Assembly (NCBI RefSeq): GCF_018977255.1
Contig: NW_024704743.1
Location: 84,198,001-84,262,000 of the forward strand
DNA: 64,000 bases
Direction: 5' to 3'
DNA from: Callorhinchus milii
Lineage: Eukaryota
In this document: positions 24,130 through 37,590 of the stretch, in pieces
Layout of the letters: the number at the start of each line of letters is the position of its first letter
Position numbering within the stretch: the stretch's first letter is position 1
Made by a program: the position numbers and the translations under genes
The notes under the pieces: model-generated
Database searches by the model: none
Seen by the model: the letters and a program-made list of their open reading frames with translations, nothing else
What the model was told of the DNA's origin: nothing

Positions 24130-26990
24130 TTAAAATCACTATATCTGAATGCACGAAGCATTCAGAATAAATAGATGAATTAAAGGCACAGATAGATACG
24201 AACAGGTATGATCTAGTAGCCATTACTGAGACATTGTTACAGGGAGATCTAGGGTGGGAGTTAAATATTCCGGGGTTTTCAGCTTATAGGAAGGTTAGAC
24301 AATGTGGAAAATGAGGTGGGGGGGTAGACTTGTTAATAAAGCTTGGAATAAAAACAGTAGAGAGGAAGGATTTCAAATCAGATAACCAGGATGTAGAGAC
24401 GGTATGGGTAGAATTACGAATTAACAAGGGGCAGAAAATATTAGTGGGAGTAGTTTATAGACCCCCAAACAGTGATCAAAGCAGAGTGCAGGGTATTAAT
24501 CAAGAAATTGGAGGAGCATGTAATAATAATAATAATAATCCTTGCATTTGATATAGCGCTTTTCACGTCAGGAGGACGTCCCATGTAGCAAATAATAATG
24601 GGTGATTTCAATCTTCACATAGATCGGGAAAACCAAATCAGCAAAAGTAGGGTAGAGGAGGAGTTTATAGAATGTATGCAAGGTAGCTTTCAGGAGCACT
24701 ATGCTGAGGAACCAATTAAGGAACATGCCATCCTAGACCTTGTTTTGTGTAATGAACCACGGCTGGTTGGTAATATAGATATTAAGGCTCCTCTAGGGCA
24801 GAATGATCATAACATGATAGAATTTAGTATTAAGTTCAAGAGCGATGTAATCAATCTGAAGCAAGGGTCTTACATTTAAATAAAGCTAACTTTGCAGGTA
24901 TGATGGAAGAATTAGCTAAAATAGACTGGGGAATTAGATTTATGGATATGACAATAGACCAACAATGGCAAACGTTTAAAGATGTAGTGCAAAATTCTCA
25001 GCGGTCACATATTCCCTTGAGGAATAATAGTACCACACGGAAAGCAGTTCATCTGTGGTTAACTAGAGCAGTTAGAGAAAGTATAAAACTAAAAGAAAAT
25101 GGCTATAAAACTGCCAAACAGAGTAGCAAACCTGAGGACTAGGAGTGTTTTAGGAACCAACAAAGGAAAACCAAAAAGCTCATTAAGAGTGAGAAAATGG
25201 ACTATGAGGGTAAGCTAGCTAGGAATATTAAGATAGATTGTAAGAATTTTTATAGATACATTAAAAGGAATACGCTAGCAAAAGTAAATGTGGGTCCATT
25301 ACAGGCAGAGACAGGAGGAATTATAATGGGGAATAAGGATATGGCAGAGTCCCTAAATAAATACTTTGCTTCTGTCTTCACGTTAGAAGACACAAGAAGT
25401 TTACCAGAAATAGAGATGAACCAAGGGGCTAATGATAGGGAGCAACTTAGGGAAATTTACATTAGCAAAGAATTGGTGCTAGGGAAATTGTTGGCATTAA
25501 AAAGTGACAAGTCCCCTGGACCTGATGGTTTGCATCCTAGGGTTTTAAAAGAGGTAGCTCATGAGATAGTGGAGGCCTTGTGTCTGATCTTCCAAAATTC
25601 TTTGGATTCTGGAACAGTTCCCATTGATTGGAAGATCGCAAACGTCACACCACTATTTAAGAAGGGTGGGAGAGAAAAGATGGGGAACTATAGACCAGTT
25701 AGTCTGACATCGGTGGTAGGGAAAATTCTAGAATCCTTAATTAAGGATGTCGTAGTGGGATACTTAGAGGATCACAATATGATTAGACAGAGTCAACATG
25801 GCTTTACAAAAGGGAAGTCATGCTTAACAAATCTTTTAGATTTTTTTGAGGACATATCAAGTAGATTAGATAGGGGGGAATCAGTGGATGTAGTGTATTT
25901 AGATTTCCAAAAGGCATTCGATAAGGTGCCGCATAAAAGGTTGATCCACAAGATTAGGGCCCATGGAATTAAGGGGAATATATTAGCATGGATTGAAGAA
26001 TGGCTAACGGGAGGAAAACAAAGAGTAGGGATAAACCGGTCCTTCTCAGATTGGCGAGATGTGACTAGTGGAGTGTCTCCAGGATCAGTGCTTGGGCCTC
26101 AACTATTTACAATCTCCGTCAACGATCTAGATGAGGACATCAAACTTAATATATCCAAATTTGCGGATGACACTAAACTAGGAGGGAGAGTAAACACTGA
26201 GGATGACATTAAAAAAATGCAACGTGATATAGATAGGCTAGGTGAGTGGGTAAATAGGTGGCAAATGAAGTATAATGTAAGGAAGTGTGAAGTCATCCAC
26301 CTAGATGGCAAAAACAGTAGAGCAGATTATTTTTTAGAAGGGGAGAGACTAGATAGAGTTAGCGTTCAGAGGGACTTGGGTGTCCTTGTACACCAGTTAC
26401 AAAAAGTTAGTTTGCAGGTACAGCAGGAAGGCTAACGGTATGTTGACATTTGTTACAAAAGGGTTAGAGTATAAGAGTAGGGAAGTCTTGCTGCAACTGT
26501 ATAGGGCCCTGGTGAGACCACACCTAGAATATTGTGTGCAGTTTTGGTCTCCTTATTTAAGAAAGGATGTACTCGCCTTGGAGGGGGTACAGGTAGATTC
26601 ACTAGATTGATACCTCAGATGATGGGGATGAGTTATGAGGACAGGTTGAGCAATTTAGGCCTATATTCTCCAGAATATAGAAAAATGAAAGGTGATTTTA
26701 TAGAAACCTATAAGATTATATAGGGGTACAGCAGAATAGATAGTGGGAGACTTTTTCCCCTGGTTGGAGAAACTATAACCAGGGGTCACAGTCTTAAAAT
26801 TAGGGGTAAGCTTTTTCGCACTGAGTTGAGGAAAAACTTCTTCACTCAGAAGGTAGTGAATTTATGGAATTCTCTACCCCAAAAGGCTGCAGATGCTCAG
26901 TCCTTGAACATATTCAAGACTGAGATTGATAGCTTTCTTGTGGATAAAGGGATTAAGGGATATGGGGATAAGGCAGGTAGGTGGAGTTAG
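24130..26990 (+). pseudogene. CR1 ORF2 (APE endonuclease + RT) with stops and frameshifts; longest open piece 25197-26435
   Basis: APE motifs YLNARSI, GVVYRPP, MGDFN, ILDLVL, NDHN. RT motifs KSPGPDG, NYRPVSLTS, QHGF, YLDFQKAFDKV, PGSVLGP, KFADD. Split into several ORFs in the track. Confidence 0.95.
24523..24581 (-). mobile_element. Severely 5'-truncated SINE/L2 tail inserted in the CR1 endonuclease region
   Basis: (TAA)n-ATCCTTGCATTTGATATAGCGCTTTTCACGTCAGGAGGACGTCC flanked by TSD CATGTA (24517-24522 / 24582-24587). Confidence 0.92.
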
Positions 26991-27080
26991 AATAGATCAG
27001 CCATGATCTTATTAATGGCAGGGCAGGCTCGAGGGGCTGAATGGCCTACTCCTGCTCCTAATTCTTATGTTCTTATGTTC

Positions 27081-27190
27081 CAGGAGGACGTCCTGAGGCC
27101 CTTAACAATACTGGCTTAGCACCCGAGCTGGGGGTAGGATTTGGGGGGGTGGGGTGTGGGAAGGGGGAAGCATGGTCAAAGAGATAAATC
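27081..27190 (-). mobile_element. L2 3' end remnant abutting the CR1 tail
   Basis: CAGGAGGACGTCC..ACCCGAGCTGGGGG..GCATGGTCAAAGAG is antisense to the L2 tail at 35180-35371. Confidence 0.7.
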
Positions 27191-27924
27191 TGAGACGGAC
27201 CTTGAACACAGCGTATGATTGCAAACACTGGTAAGCTACCTGCTTCTTGTCCAGCTAAGATCATCTTATCCAACAATGCTTTAACTTGAGTGGTTAACAG
27301 GAACCAAGTGGGAGGAATCACTGCCCCCAGTGACTGGTCTGCACCTGAAAGACCTGCTGTTGAGCCAGACTGGCTGGTCTGTCATCAACATGGCTTGGAG
27401 CTTACCACTAAAGAGAATTTAGGAAAATGACTTTACATGGTCAGTTTATATGGTTAGTTTATGTGGTTGTAATTCTAGATTATACTCTATCGTTTCAACT
27501 CAGGAATTTCCTAGTTTTTTTTAGCAATGGTGATGCTAATTAGAAAATAGGAAAATGCGGGTCTTCATTAAAGCGTGCCTTGTGTTCATAAGACAAGGAA
27601 CACAATAAGGAACACAGCACATTTTGCCCCATTATTCTGACACTTCTTTAGCTGTATGGTACATATAGTTTTGTTAATTTCCATTTCTCTTCAATTCACC
27701 TACAAATACACAATCATTCCACTTCACAGTAAATCTGGTGAAACGTTTTGAGATTTCCTATTGATGTGAAAGGCATGTACCACGTGCACAATTTATTATT
27801 ATTATTTTTACTGATTCAGGAGCCCTAGCCTCGCCATTATATCTGATGATCCATATTGCTGTGGACTACTCTTACTCATTGCTATGTAACAAGATAGACA
27901 GTTCTGCTGCTTCTCAAGTAACCA

Positions 27925-28072
27925 CGTTTGTGGAACATTGTTGTGCACAAAATTGTCTGTTGTGTGCGCCTACAAAACACAGTCACTACTTTCTGCAGTA
28001 AATCTTGTGAACACTTTTGATGACATGATTTGGGCTCTCTATCAATGCAAGGATTATTATTATAGGATTATT
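27925..28072 (+). mobile_element. DeuSINE 3' fragment
   Basis: GTTTGTGGAACATTGTTGTGCACAAAATTGTCTG..CAATGCAAGGATTATTATT. A similar tail lies at 27700-27805. Confidence 0.75.
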
Positions 28073-29118
28073 ATAAATGGTATTTTCATTATTCGTGCTT
28101 CAGTGACAAGCCTCAGAAATGTTGACAGAGTCCAACAGAGTTTACATCGATCAGCCATTTTCAAAATACACATTATCCAGGCTGAAGGAAGAACAAGGGT
28201 GAAAGAGGAGAAGAACAAAAATAAAAGAAGGATAAAAATTGTCAGGTTATTGATGATGGCAATAACTGCGTTCACAGGTCTCCAACCGCTGGAGCTGTAA
28301 ACTTTACCAGACAGGGAAGATCAGTGGAGATATGTGGCAAAGAGACAACATGAAGAAGTATGGAGCTCAGCCTTGCACCTGGCAGAGTTATTAGGTTCAT
28401 TGGAGGAAGATGAACTGTTTCAATATGTTAAACACCTGAGGCTGCAGAAAGGAGGAACCATCACAGAAAGAAGCACTGCTTTGGGAAGGTTCCTGCTTTT
28501 CCTCCCACCTACAGGCCATCCTTTACAGAAGAGCTGAGAGCTGACTAACCACTTCCCTTCAATAACAATCACTGAAGGAGTATCCTACTCAAAGAGCCAA
28601 ATCAAAACAGCATCACAATATTGTCTGATGCTGACAATATTGGGGGCTCACTTTTCTGGAAACACACAACCCTTTGGAATGTACCTGCACAGAGCTACGT
28701 TACGGTTCTGGCACTGTTAACTTTTTCAATGCTGAATCCCACTCGTTGATTCAAAATGGACGTGTCCTATCAAAAAACACAGTGAAAGAGATTGTCTATT
28801 TCCACAACTGAATACAACTACGAAAAGACCAAAGTACAATTAAGCATCCTTTTTTTTTGCTCCAGGTAAAGTTTTTATTTCTTTGCCACTAAATTCCTAT
28901 CAAAAGGAATTTGTTCCTCTTATAACTAGCTTTGCCTCTTTACCTGCAGTGATTTGCAGCGCTTTAAGGCAATATTCCATCATTTTATCTTATGTCTCAG
29001 TGCTTAACTGGAAGCTATCTGAACCATTTTGATATTGTTTAAACTGACTTTGCTTTGTTTTCTACTCAGTATTTGTCTTAAAAAAGGATGGAGTTTCTGA
29101 ACAATTACAAAATCTTGG

Positions 29119-29365
29119 TAATAATAATAAAAATCCTTGCATTTGATATAGTGCTTTCCACATTACTAGATGTCTCAAAGCACTTCACAGAATATACTGT
29201 AAAGTGAATTGACCATATAGTTGTGGATGAAATGCGACAGCACACAGCAATGTCCCACAAACAGTCATGGATTGAGTGACCAAATTCTTATTGTTTTTGG
29301 GGACCAAATTCTTTATTTTTCTGGTGGGATTATTATCAGTCATGTGGAGGAAAGAAACTTTCCCA
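29119..29365 (-). mobile_element. Diverged copy of the tRNA-Ala SINE family, headless
   Basis: AATCCTTGCATTTGATATAG..CACAGCAATGTCCCACAAACAGTC..GGGATTATTATCAG..TGTGGAGGAAAGAAACTTTCCCA. Confidence 0.85.
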
Positions 29366-30320
29366 GAAAAGAAACTTGTACAGAAACATGTACAGAGTAA
29401 ATTTGCTTTTTATAATCCCTTGACATGTCAAAATATTTACCAGCGTAGCGGTGCAGTGACAGTTTTTTTAATGTAAATCATTTGTACCTTGTACACATCA
29501 TTGTCCCAAAAAGAACCATGAGGTGAATGTTCAATTAACCTGGAATGATTGTTGGTTAAGACTTTGGGAGAAACTTCCTTCTCTTTTGTGGGCATTCGAA
29601 CACAAAACACAGTCACTGCACTTTACAGTATAACCTGTGAAGTTCTGCTGACGCGAAAAGTTATACACAATTTTTATCAAATAGTGTAATGGAATATTTT
29701 ACATCCTCCTAGGGATAAGCAGACAGGACCTCAGATTAAAGTTTCATCAGAAGGACACAGCAATGTCCCACAAACAGCCATGTAGTGAATTTTATTTGGG
29801 GGTATTGTTGGCCACGACACCGGGAGAAACTCCCTTCTCTGGTACCCTAGAATTCTTCATGATATCTGGGCACTACCATTATTTCAGGAGTCAGGAGAGT
29901 ATTTCAGATCATGTCTTCACTCTTTTATTTCTGTAAGGAATGAAATGTGTTTAGGGATATAGTTTGATCCCAGTAAGACAATGTGACTTCTTGAAATCAG
30001 TGACAGCTTGTCTTTTGAAACTAATATTATTTATTATACTTTTTGAAAATTCAAGATCACCTCAGGATATCATTAGTTCAACACTGTTCTACTAAAAACC
30101 CTATTGGTAAACCATTAAAATCCCATAGGATCTTCATAGTGTTTTTGAAACCGATTCTAAGTCCAATAGTTACTGTATCCTATATAAGATCTAAAACAAT
30201 CCTGAAGGAGTTTCAAAATCCTACTGGATTTAAGGGATTCACAGTAGCTTTAATGATTAAATTCAGGTTGTTCCATTAACTCCAGTCAGACAGTGAGTTT
30301 ACTGTTTTATCAATGATTTG

Positions 30321-30576
30321 TGTCAGCCTGGCTCAGTCCATAGCACTCTCACCTATGAGTCAGAGAGTTGTGGGTTCAAGCCACACATTAGGACTTTGAA
30401 CTTACAGTCCAGGCTGACATTTCAACACAGTGCCAAGGAGATGTTGTAGGATTGGAAGTCCCTGTCTGTATGATCATGTGGCCAATAAATGGCACTAGAA
30501 AAGAGAAGGGAGTTTCTCCAGGTATCCTGGTCAACAATCACCCTGATAACATTTGTGATTTGCTTCATGGCTGTTT
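30321..30576 (+). mobile_element. DeuSINE 5' part
   Basis: GTCAGCCTGGCTCAGT..TAGCACTCTCACCTATGAGTCAGAG..GGGTTCAAGCC..AGGCTGACA. Confidence 0.8.
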
Positions 30577-31489
30577 CCTTTAATCAGGCAGATGCCTTTA
30601 AATAGGCACTTCCAGTGATGAGCAAACCATTATCTTTACCTGATGCATGTCTGTTAAAGCTACATCACTGAAACAGGTGAACTGTTAGTTCACATTTGCA
30701 AGTTGAACCGAGCAGATGAGTGTTTCCATGTAAATCGATGTTCTCATCAACAGGGTGCCCATGTATACTCCATGACAGTAAGTTTAAATTACAGACTCCA
30801 AATAAGGTCATGCAGCACTCTATCATTTGCCTTATTCTTCTTCTACAGAAATCCTGATTCAGGACAAAAATGTATTGCGAACTAAACATTTGATCTAACA
30901 TACTTTCCCTCACATCTGTAAACACCTCTAAATCTATGGATATGTAACTACATTAATAATGGTATGTATCTAGATGCACCAGTGGATTCTGCTTCATCAG
31001 TGGATTGTTTAAGGTTCACTTAATAACACCGAAAAATCTGTTTTCAGTTCATCATAATAATAATCCTAACAACAATAATAACAGTTCACATGAGTTTCAC
31101 CAAAAACAGGGGGAAATTAACAGGGAACCCAGTAGCAGGGAGGGCTTGAAACCGTGAGATGGAAAATATCACCTTAGTCCTAAGATACGGATGCCCTCAT
31201 TACAGTGATACTTCATTGAAAACAGTCATATGATATGAAAACTGTCAAACTTGAAGCTGAAAAACACAATCAAACCTGTTTATACCTACCATTTTCCTCG
31301 CCCACCCCCACCTACGGCCTCAGCATAAAGTTTGGACCAAAGAAATACCTTCTCAATTTTGGTAGTAATGTTGATCTGACACATGTGGAAACCCATCACC
31401 CTATTAAAGAGTACATAAACCAGACTGAGAATTCCACATTCTCATGGACATTTTCCTGTGTCTGGAATGGAGTACGCACCCTCTCCTTG

Positions 31490-31848
31490 GAGGGACACAC
31501 TCTCGACTTCAAGATCCTCACACTTGTATTCAAATCCCTCCACTCCTCTGCACCCCCCTACCTCTCTGTCTTCCTCTCTCCTCAAAATAGAACCCGTTGC
31601 CTTCGTTCCTCTGGGTCTGGCCTCCTCCTCGTCCCCCGAGTCCTCTGCTCCACCCTCGGAGTCCGTGCCTTCAGCCACTATGACCCCAGGCTCTGGAATT
31701 CCCTTCCTCACTCCCTTTGCCTCACTCCCCCCTCTTCCTATTTTCAGGTCCCTGCTGAAGACCTTTCTCTTTGACCGCGCCTTGCGCTCTGAGACGCCGC
31801 CTGGCATGGAGGGCGCTATATAAATCCAAGTTGTTGTTGTTGTTGTTG
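31490..31848 (+). mobile_element. L2 LINE 3' fragment
   Basis: DFKILTLVFKSLHSSAPPYLS..LRSS..G.RAFSHY.PRLWNSLP, followed by tail GGGCGCTATATAAATCCAAG(TTG)n. Confidence 0.93.
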
Positions 31849-34396
31849 CTTATCTAACTCCAGAAATCATTAGTTGGTGCTCCTGATTGCTGAAAATAAC
31901 TGGAAGATGCAGTGTTTAACATCAACAACTTTCATTGATTTAGAGCCTTTCACATATGATAGTGTCTCAGAGCGCTGCACATTTAATGTAATGGAATTTG
32001 TTATGTAGCAATCCATTTTTTCTTCGTACATGTTGCAATTTCTCCCGAATATCTTAGTATTCAATAGCACAAGACACTGATAGTCCAATGGGGTGTGCTG
32101 CTAACCTTGATTTCCATTCTGCAAGCATGGTTTCAATGAAGCGTCACCATAATAAATGTTTAAGTACAGGGTTCACCACAGGTGAGCTATTCTTGATATT
32201 CGAAAATATTTTGTGCTATTATTGCAAATAGTATTACAGAAATTTATTTTAAAAAAGGATAATTTTGTGCATGTTTCAACTCATCGCATAAATTCATAGA
32301 TTTACACTAGCATCTCCAGCATGCCATTTAGTCCAGTACTTCCCTCAGGATTAGATTACCCTGAACAAAATGCCAGCTGCAGTGAGAGTGGAAAACTAGA
32401 TCTGCCAATAAGCAATAGCACAAATCAGTGAAAATCACAGGGAAGTCAGTGAAGAGGTGGGTAAAGGCCACAATTACATTAAATTCTGTTTTCCTAATTG
32501 CTAAATAGTCAAATAATCATTGCCTCTTCAGAATCTTCCGTAAAAGGCATTATAAAGGTAACATTTATTCAAGGTACGTTTATGCTATTCATTCTGTGCC
32601 TTTACCCTCAGGATTTCTGGCAGTCTGTTTTTCTCCTTTCTTATTTTATGTGTAACAGCTCCATTTTGTGGTCCCTTGAATTCTATTTGTATGCCACTCT
32701 CTGTTATTTTTAAAGGGGCTGGGTTGGATGCTCTATTAATCTTTCAATATGAACAGTTTCTCTCTTTGATGGAATTGGGCCCAATGAGCCTGGCCAAGAC
32801 ACTGTGATAAGCTCATTCATCTTTATTTGATTCCTGGCTGACATCAGAGTCACCCGATGACAGAGGTTAAGTCACTGAGTGGCCATTGCCTCCTCGTTTA
32901 CTCTTTCATGTTCCTCTTAAACATCTTCCTGAAGCCAACTCAATGATTTGTGCCAATTTCATGGGGGCACAAACTGGAACATCCGATAACTTTCTACATG
33001 GCTGGCTTTATACAATCTTACTTGCACATCTCCAGCTGCTGTGTCTGTCAAAACAATTTTTGGGGGGGATTTGTTTTATAGTTCTTGATAGAGCCCTGAG
33101 TACTCGGGGTCTCTGCTGCAAAATGTCGTGACACAGCCTGACAGTTTTTTACAGTAATTTCACAGTGTCATTTTGTGATTATTTTGTGATGGCTTTGAAC
33201 CTTGACTGAAATGAATCGTGGCCTTTAGTGCACTGCGTGATACAAATGGTGGGTTTATGTGACAGTGATGCTGAAGCTGTTAGGAACTGAGAGAACCAGA
33301 AGCATCAAAGAAGAAGAAGGAAGTCATCAAGGCAAAAGTAACACAGCAATGTGCAACCCATTAACCCCTTGTGGACTACTCTCACAACCTTGCTTAAAAA
33401 ATCAAGAGGTATGAAAAGACTACATTTGTTATTAAAGGGCGTGGTGATTTAGGCACATTTCTATCATTCTAATTTATATAACATTTGCAAAACAGTGTAA
33501 TTTATCAAGATGATATTATGCAAACAGAAATCTTAAATCTCTCTTTGTGTTTCTCTTTGGGAGCCTCTTTATTGTATTTATCCGTATATGTACAAAAGAC
33601 ATCAAAATAAACAGTTGAAACTGATCATTCATATTTTGAGGACCGTAATGGTTAGTATCAAGCAATTAAAATCACGTGATTTTAGTGGCAAACGATTGAA
33701 AAATATTCTAGAAATGCTAAATATGCCTTTTTTTAAAAAAAAACTTAGTTACTTTTTAGAGTCTCCTTGTTGCTCATTGTCAATGAACTAACTACCCAAC
33801 TACAAGACGAAATTGACTTAATTAGAAGTAAAAAATGAAAGAACATTTTTTAGAGTAAGGTCAGGGCATAACTGTTGGCTGTTAATGACTGGTGTCATCA
33901 ATTATGACCAAGAATAGACTGAGGCTATGTATCAAAATCTTACAGCTAGGTTGTTACCCATGTTAAAATCAAAAGGCACTGGGTGTGGTTTTGTTACAGA
34001 ATACAGTTTGTACCAAACCTGTCAGAATTGTCCAATTTGTGCCATCATCCAATCTCCATTATTTATCCTTTTTTTAACCAATGCTGTTTAGGGCAGCTCA
34101 AGGCAATTCAAAACCAATTGAAATTCATGTTAATAATTCTTCTATTTGATTTAGTGCCTTTCACCCAAGGAGGACATCTCAAAACTCTTCACAGGATTTT
34201 ACTGTAAAGTAAAGTAAAGACAATGCATATAATAATCCTTGCATTTGGTACACCGCCTTATCACATCTTCGAGGCGTCTCAAAACAATTCACAGAATATA
34301 ATTTACAAATGCCCTGTATCAAATTCAAAGATTATTGTTATTAATAAGGATTATCAAAGATTATTATTAAGGAATCTTATTTATTGGTATCAGACT

Positions 34397-35150
34397 GTCA
34401 GCTTGGCTCATTTGGTTGCCATGGGTCAAAAGATAGTCAGTTGAAGTACCACATTGGGTTATGAGCTCACAGTTTAGACTGATACTGCAGTGCTGTCCTC
34501 TCCTGATGAGACATTAACTGATTGTTAGTCGATTAGCGGATCGCTTTTCCGGGAGTAATAATTCCTTCAAAAAAAAATGAATTGGTCACTTCAATGCATG
34601 GCTGTTTGTGGGACATTGCTGTGTGCAATTGGCTGCCATGTTTTGCCCACCAAATATATTGTCAATTCACTTAACAGTATATTCTGTGAAATCCTTTGAG
34701 ATGTCTCGAAGACGTGATAAAGCGCTATATCAAATGCTAGGATTATTATTATTGTTAAACAAAAGCCTCATTTGCTTGTACAGGTGGAAGTTAAAGATTC
34801 TGTGACATTATTTGACAAGAAAAAGGAGTTTCTCCCTGGAATTTACCAACATTCTTCCAGATAAACTGTATGTTCACCTAATGGCTGTTTGTGGGACACT
34901 GAAGTGCATAAATTGCCTATTATATTTGCCAACAAGTACAGTCACTACACTTGATAGCACTTTGAGATACATCAACCTAATAGGCATTATATCTAACACA
35001 AGAGGGTAAATTCCTCCCCAGGACTAGATGGACCCAATTTAATAGCAATATAGAGCATACAGAATCTATGCAGCCTTAATTTTGATGCCAAGCTACATAA
35101 ATCGAGTAAATCCAAAGCCAGGTGGAATTTCTCCTCAAAGTATTATTATT
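34397..35150 (+). mobile_element. Nested cluster: old DeuSINE interrupted by a younger SINE (~34555-34753) and a MITE (35002-35136)
   Basis: Deu head at 34397-34518 ends GAGACATTAAC and resumes at 34755 TTAAAC..CAGGTGGAAGTTAAAGAT. Its tail is split by the MITE and ends TATTATTATT. Confidence 0.75.
35002..35136. mobile_element. Palindromic MITE, short derivative of the 61517 family
   Basis: GAGGGTAAATTCCTCCCCAGG...CCAGGTGGAATTTCTCCTC; shares ACATAAAT.GAGTAAATC..A..CAGGTGGAATTT with 55967-56009. Confidence 0.6.
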
Positions 35151-35179
35151 TAATTGGTGTAAACTGGCATTAAATTTCT

Positions 35180-35371
35180 TCTCTTTGACCGTGCCTTCAG
35201 CTCCCCTCTCGACTCTCTACCCCCTCCTCGCTCCCTCCTTTCCCTCCCCTCACCCTGACCATTTCCCCCTTTCTCGGGTCCTGACCCAACTGTACAGCGC
35301 CTTGGGACGTCCTCCCGACGTGAAAGGCGCTCAATAAATGGAATCTTGTTGTTGTTGTTGTTGTTGTTGTA
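35180..35371 (+). mobile_element. L2 3' end with (TTG)n tail
   Basis: CTCTTTGACCGTGCCTT, C-rich UTR, AGCGCCTTGGGACGTCCTCCCGACGTGAAAGGCGCT, (TTG)n. Confidence 0.88.
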
Positions 35372-35878
35372 TTAGACTTAGAAGAAATTATTAATTTTGA
35401 AAACTGTTGACTGAACGTTTACATCGATATTGCATCAGCGGGACTACTGGTGGCTTACAGTTAAACAAACACTTTGGTTTGTATCAAAGCAGGCTTCATT
35501 TACACTGATAACTATTAAAGTACAGCATGTGTGGGTGCAAAGAATAATTTGAAATGTGCTACTGAGTTTACTTGGTGCTGATGCCCTGTTGCACTGCAAA
35601 ATCAAATTCTATATGCTTAATATACCAAAACAGTCTCACATTACTCATATGCAGCGAAATTCTATAAAAGATTCACATCAGATCCAACTCTAAAGTGAAG
35701 TCAACTCTAGAATGCAGTCTAATTTACAGTTGAAATTTAAAGATTCCTTAAGTATTCAAAATAAATTACTCAGATAATATGGAAGTGACTCCCCACCCCA
35801 CCACTCTTCCAAAAGTCATCGTCCACAGAGTTAGGTCACATGTTTGACTTGAAGCTAATGGATCACAAGATTGATGGG

Positions 35879-36237
35879 ATCAGGAGGTTGTAAGTTCACA
35901 TCGGGATGTTGAGCTCATGATCTTTAATGACACTACAGTACAGTGCTGGGTGAGGGGCATTATATTGTTGGAGGTACCATCCATCGGTGAGATGTTAAAA
36001 TGAGGTCCCATCAACCTGTTCAGTTGGACGTTAAAGATTTCATGGCACTTCTTGAGAAGAGGAGAATTTCTCACGGTTTCCTGGCCAACAATCCCCAAAA
36101 TAAAATGTATTTCATTCATTTTATGACTGTTTGTGGGACATTGCTATGCAAATTACCTGGCAAACTACAATTTACATTAAATCCTGTGAAGGGCTTTGAG
36201 ATATTAGGAGCTCTATCAAATACAAGGGTTATTATTG
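35879..36237 (+). mobile_element. DeuSINE, near full length
   Basis: GTTGGAGGTACCATCC..GAGATGTTAAAATGAGG..GGACGTTAAAGAT..TGTTTGTGGGACATTGCT.. and tail. Confidence 0.87.
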
Positions 36238-37240
36238 GTATATTTGGCTGCTTTATTTTGAGTATTGTTGAGCAAAAAGCCACATGCCTGTACTTAGTAA
36301 TCACATTTACCCTCAGCCCTAACCTAAACCTAAATCAATTTAGATGGAAGAATGGATTTGGAAAGAAGTTCTTCACAATATGAGTAAATCTGTTCTTGTG
36401 AATGTGAGATACTTTGTCCCTTCTGGTTAGAAATAGCCTTTCAACCCCCAATACACATAACCTTGAGACACACCGATTATTTCCACTGCATTTGAAAGCC
36501 AAAAAGGCAGACAGAAAGCAAGTGTACCAGTGAACTTTCATCAAGCTCTGGAGTTACTCTATGGTTCACTCTAAATAACATATATTGCCATGCAAAACAT
36601 TATCTTTACATACTTAAGAATTGCTGTAATTATGTTACATGGAAATTCAATTTATTAATTTGTCTGCATTCTTTTCTCTAATTAAAATGAAATGATACAT
36701 GTAACCAGCACAGAGTTATTGCAATTTGTGATGCATTGCCTCAATTAGCAAATGCTTAATTCCAAAATAACACAGATGAAGAAGGTATGAGTCATCGTGA
36801 GCATCGACACTCCGCAGTCATAAGCTCTAATGGTTCAGAAACCTTCATAAATTTAATATGGGTCTCACTGACACTGCAATCGAAATTGGTTTCAGATTGG
36901 TGTAGCATTACTGCTAATAGAAATGCTGGTTCATTGATGGCTATTAAGGGTCACAAGTGAATTGAGGTCTTATGGACTTAATTTAATCCTGTATGGACAG
37001 GATTCTGTGGCACAAACCTGACCCAAATTTGGCTCCTGAATTGATCAATGATCTCCAGGAGAAGCGTGAAACTAAATCACAGCACGTAAAAAACAGCTTT
37101 TAGGGAAAGGTCACTTTCTGTTATGCTTTGCTTGTGTCCAGAGTTGATATATAGATTGTGCAGTTATAATAATGATAATAATAATCCTCACTTGTAATGT
37201 AGCACGTTGTCACGTTATCAAAATATCTCAAAGTGTTTCA

Positions 37241-37590
37241 CCTCTGCACCCCCCCTACCTCTATGACCTCCTCTTTCCTCAAAACAGTGGCCGTTGCCTT
37301 CGTTCCTCCAGGTCTGGCCTCCTCCTTGTCCCCCGAGTCCTCCGCTCCATCCTCGGCGGCCGTGCCTTCAGCCACTATGCCCCGAGGCTCTGGAACTCCC
37401 TTCCTCACTCCCTTTGCCTTGCCCCCTCTCTTCCTATTTTAGGTCTCTGCTGAAGACCTTTCTTTTTAACCGCGCCTTTGATCACCTTCCTCCCCCTCCC
37501 CCTGGCTCGGCCCCGGGATCCGTTACTGTGAAGCGCTCTAAGACACCATCCGGCATGGAGGGCGCTATATAAATCCAATTTGTTGAGTTG
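37241..37590 (+). mobile_element. L2 LINE 3' fragment inserted into a minus-strand SINE tail (37168-37240 and 37591-37615)
   Basis: PPYLYDLL..LRSS..GGRAFSHYAPRLWNSLP; same subfamily as 31490-31848; SINE tail continues on both sides. Confidence 0.92.

Larger units (their letters stand above)
23950..27080 (+). mobile_element. CR1 LINE copy B: end of ORF1/spacer, whole ORF2 (disrupted), 3' UTR and tail
   Basis: Starts TTTAAACTAG..G-run; ends GGCTCGAGGGGCTGAATGGCCTACTCCTGCTCCTAA(TTCTTATG)n. Confidence 0.97.

Noticed and set aside
25197..26435. 412-aa RT ORF as a functional or domesticated gene
   Set aside because: It is part of a CR1 ORF2 with stops, frameshifts and a SINE insertion in the endonuclease region.
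27938..28540. 120-aa and 67-aa ORFs, or a possible solo LTR
   Set aside because: The first ORF begins in a SINE tail, and no TG..CA termini, TSD or protein motif could be established.
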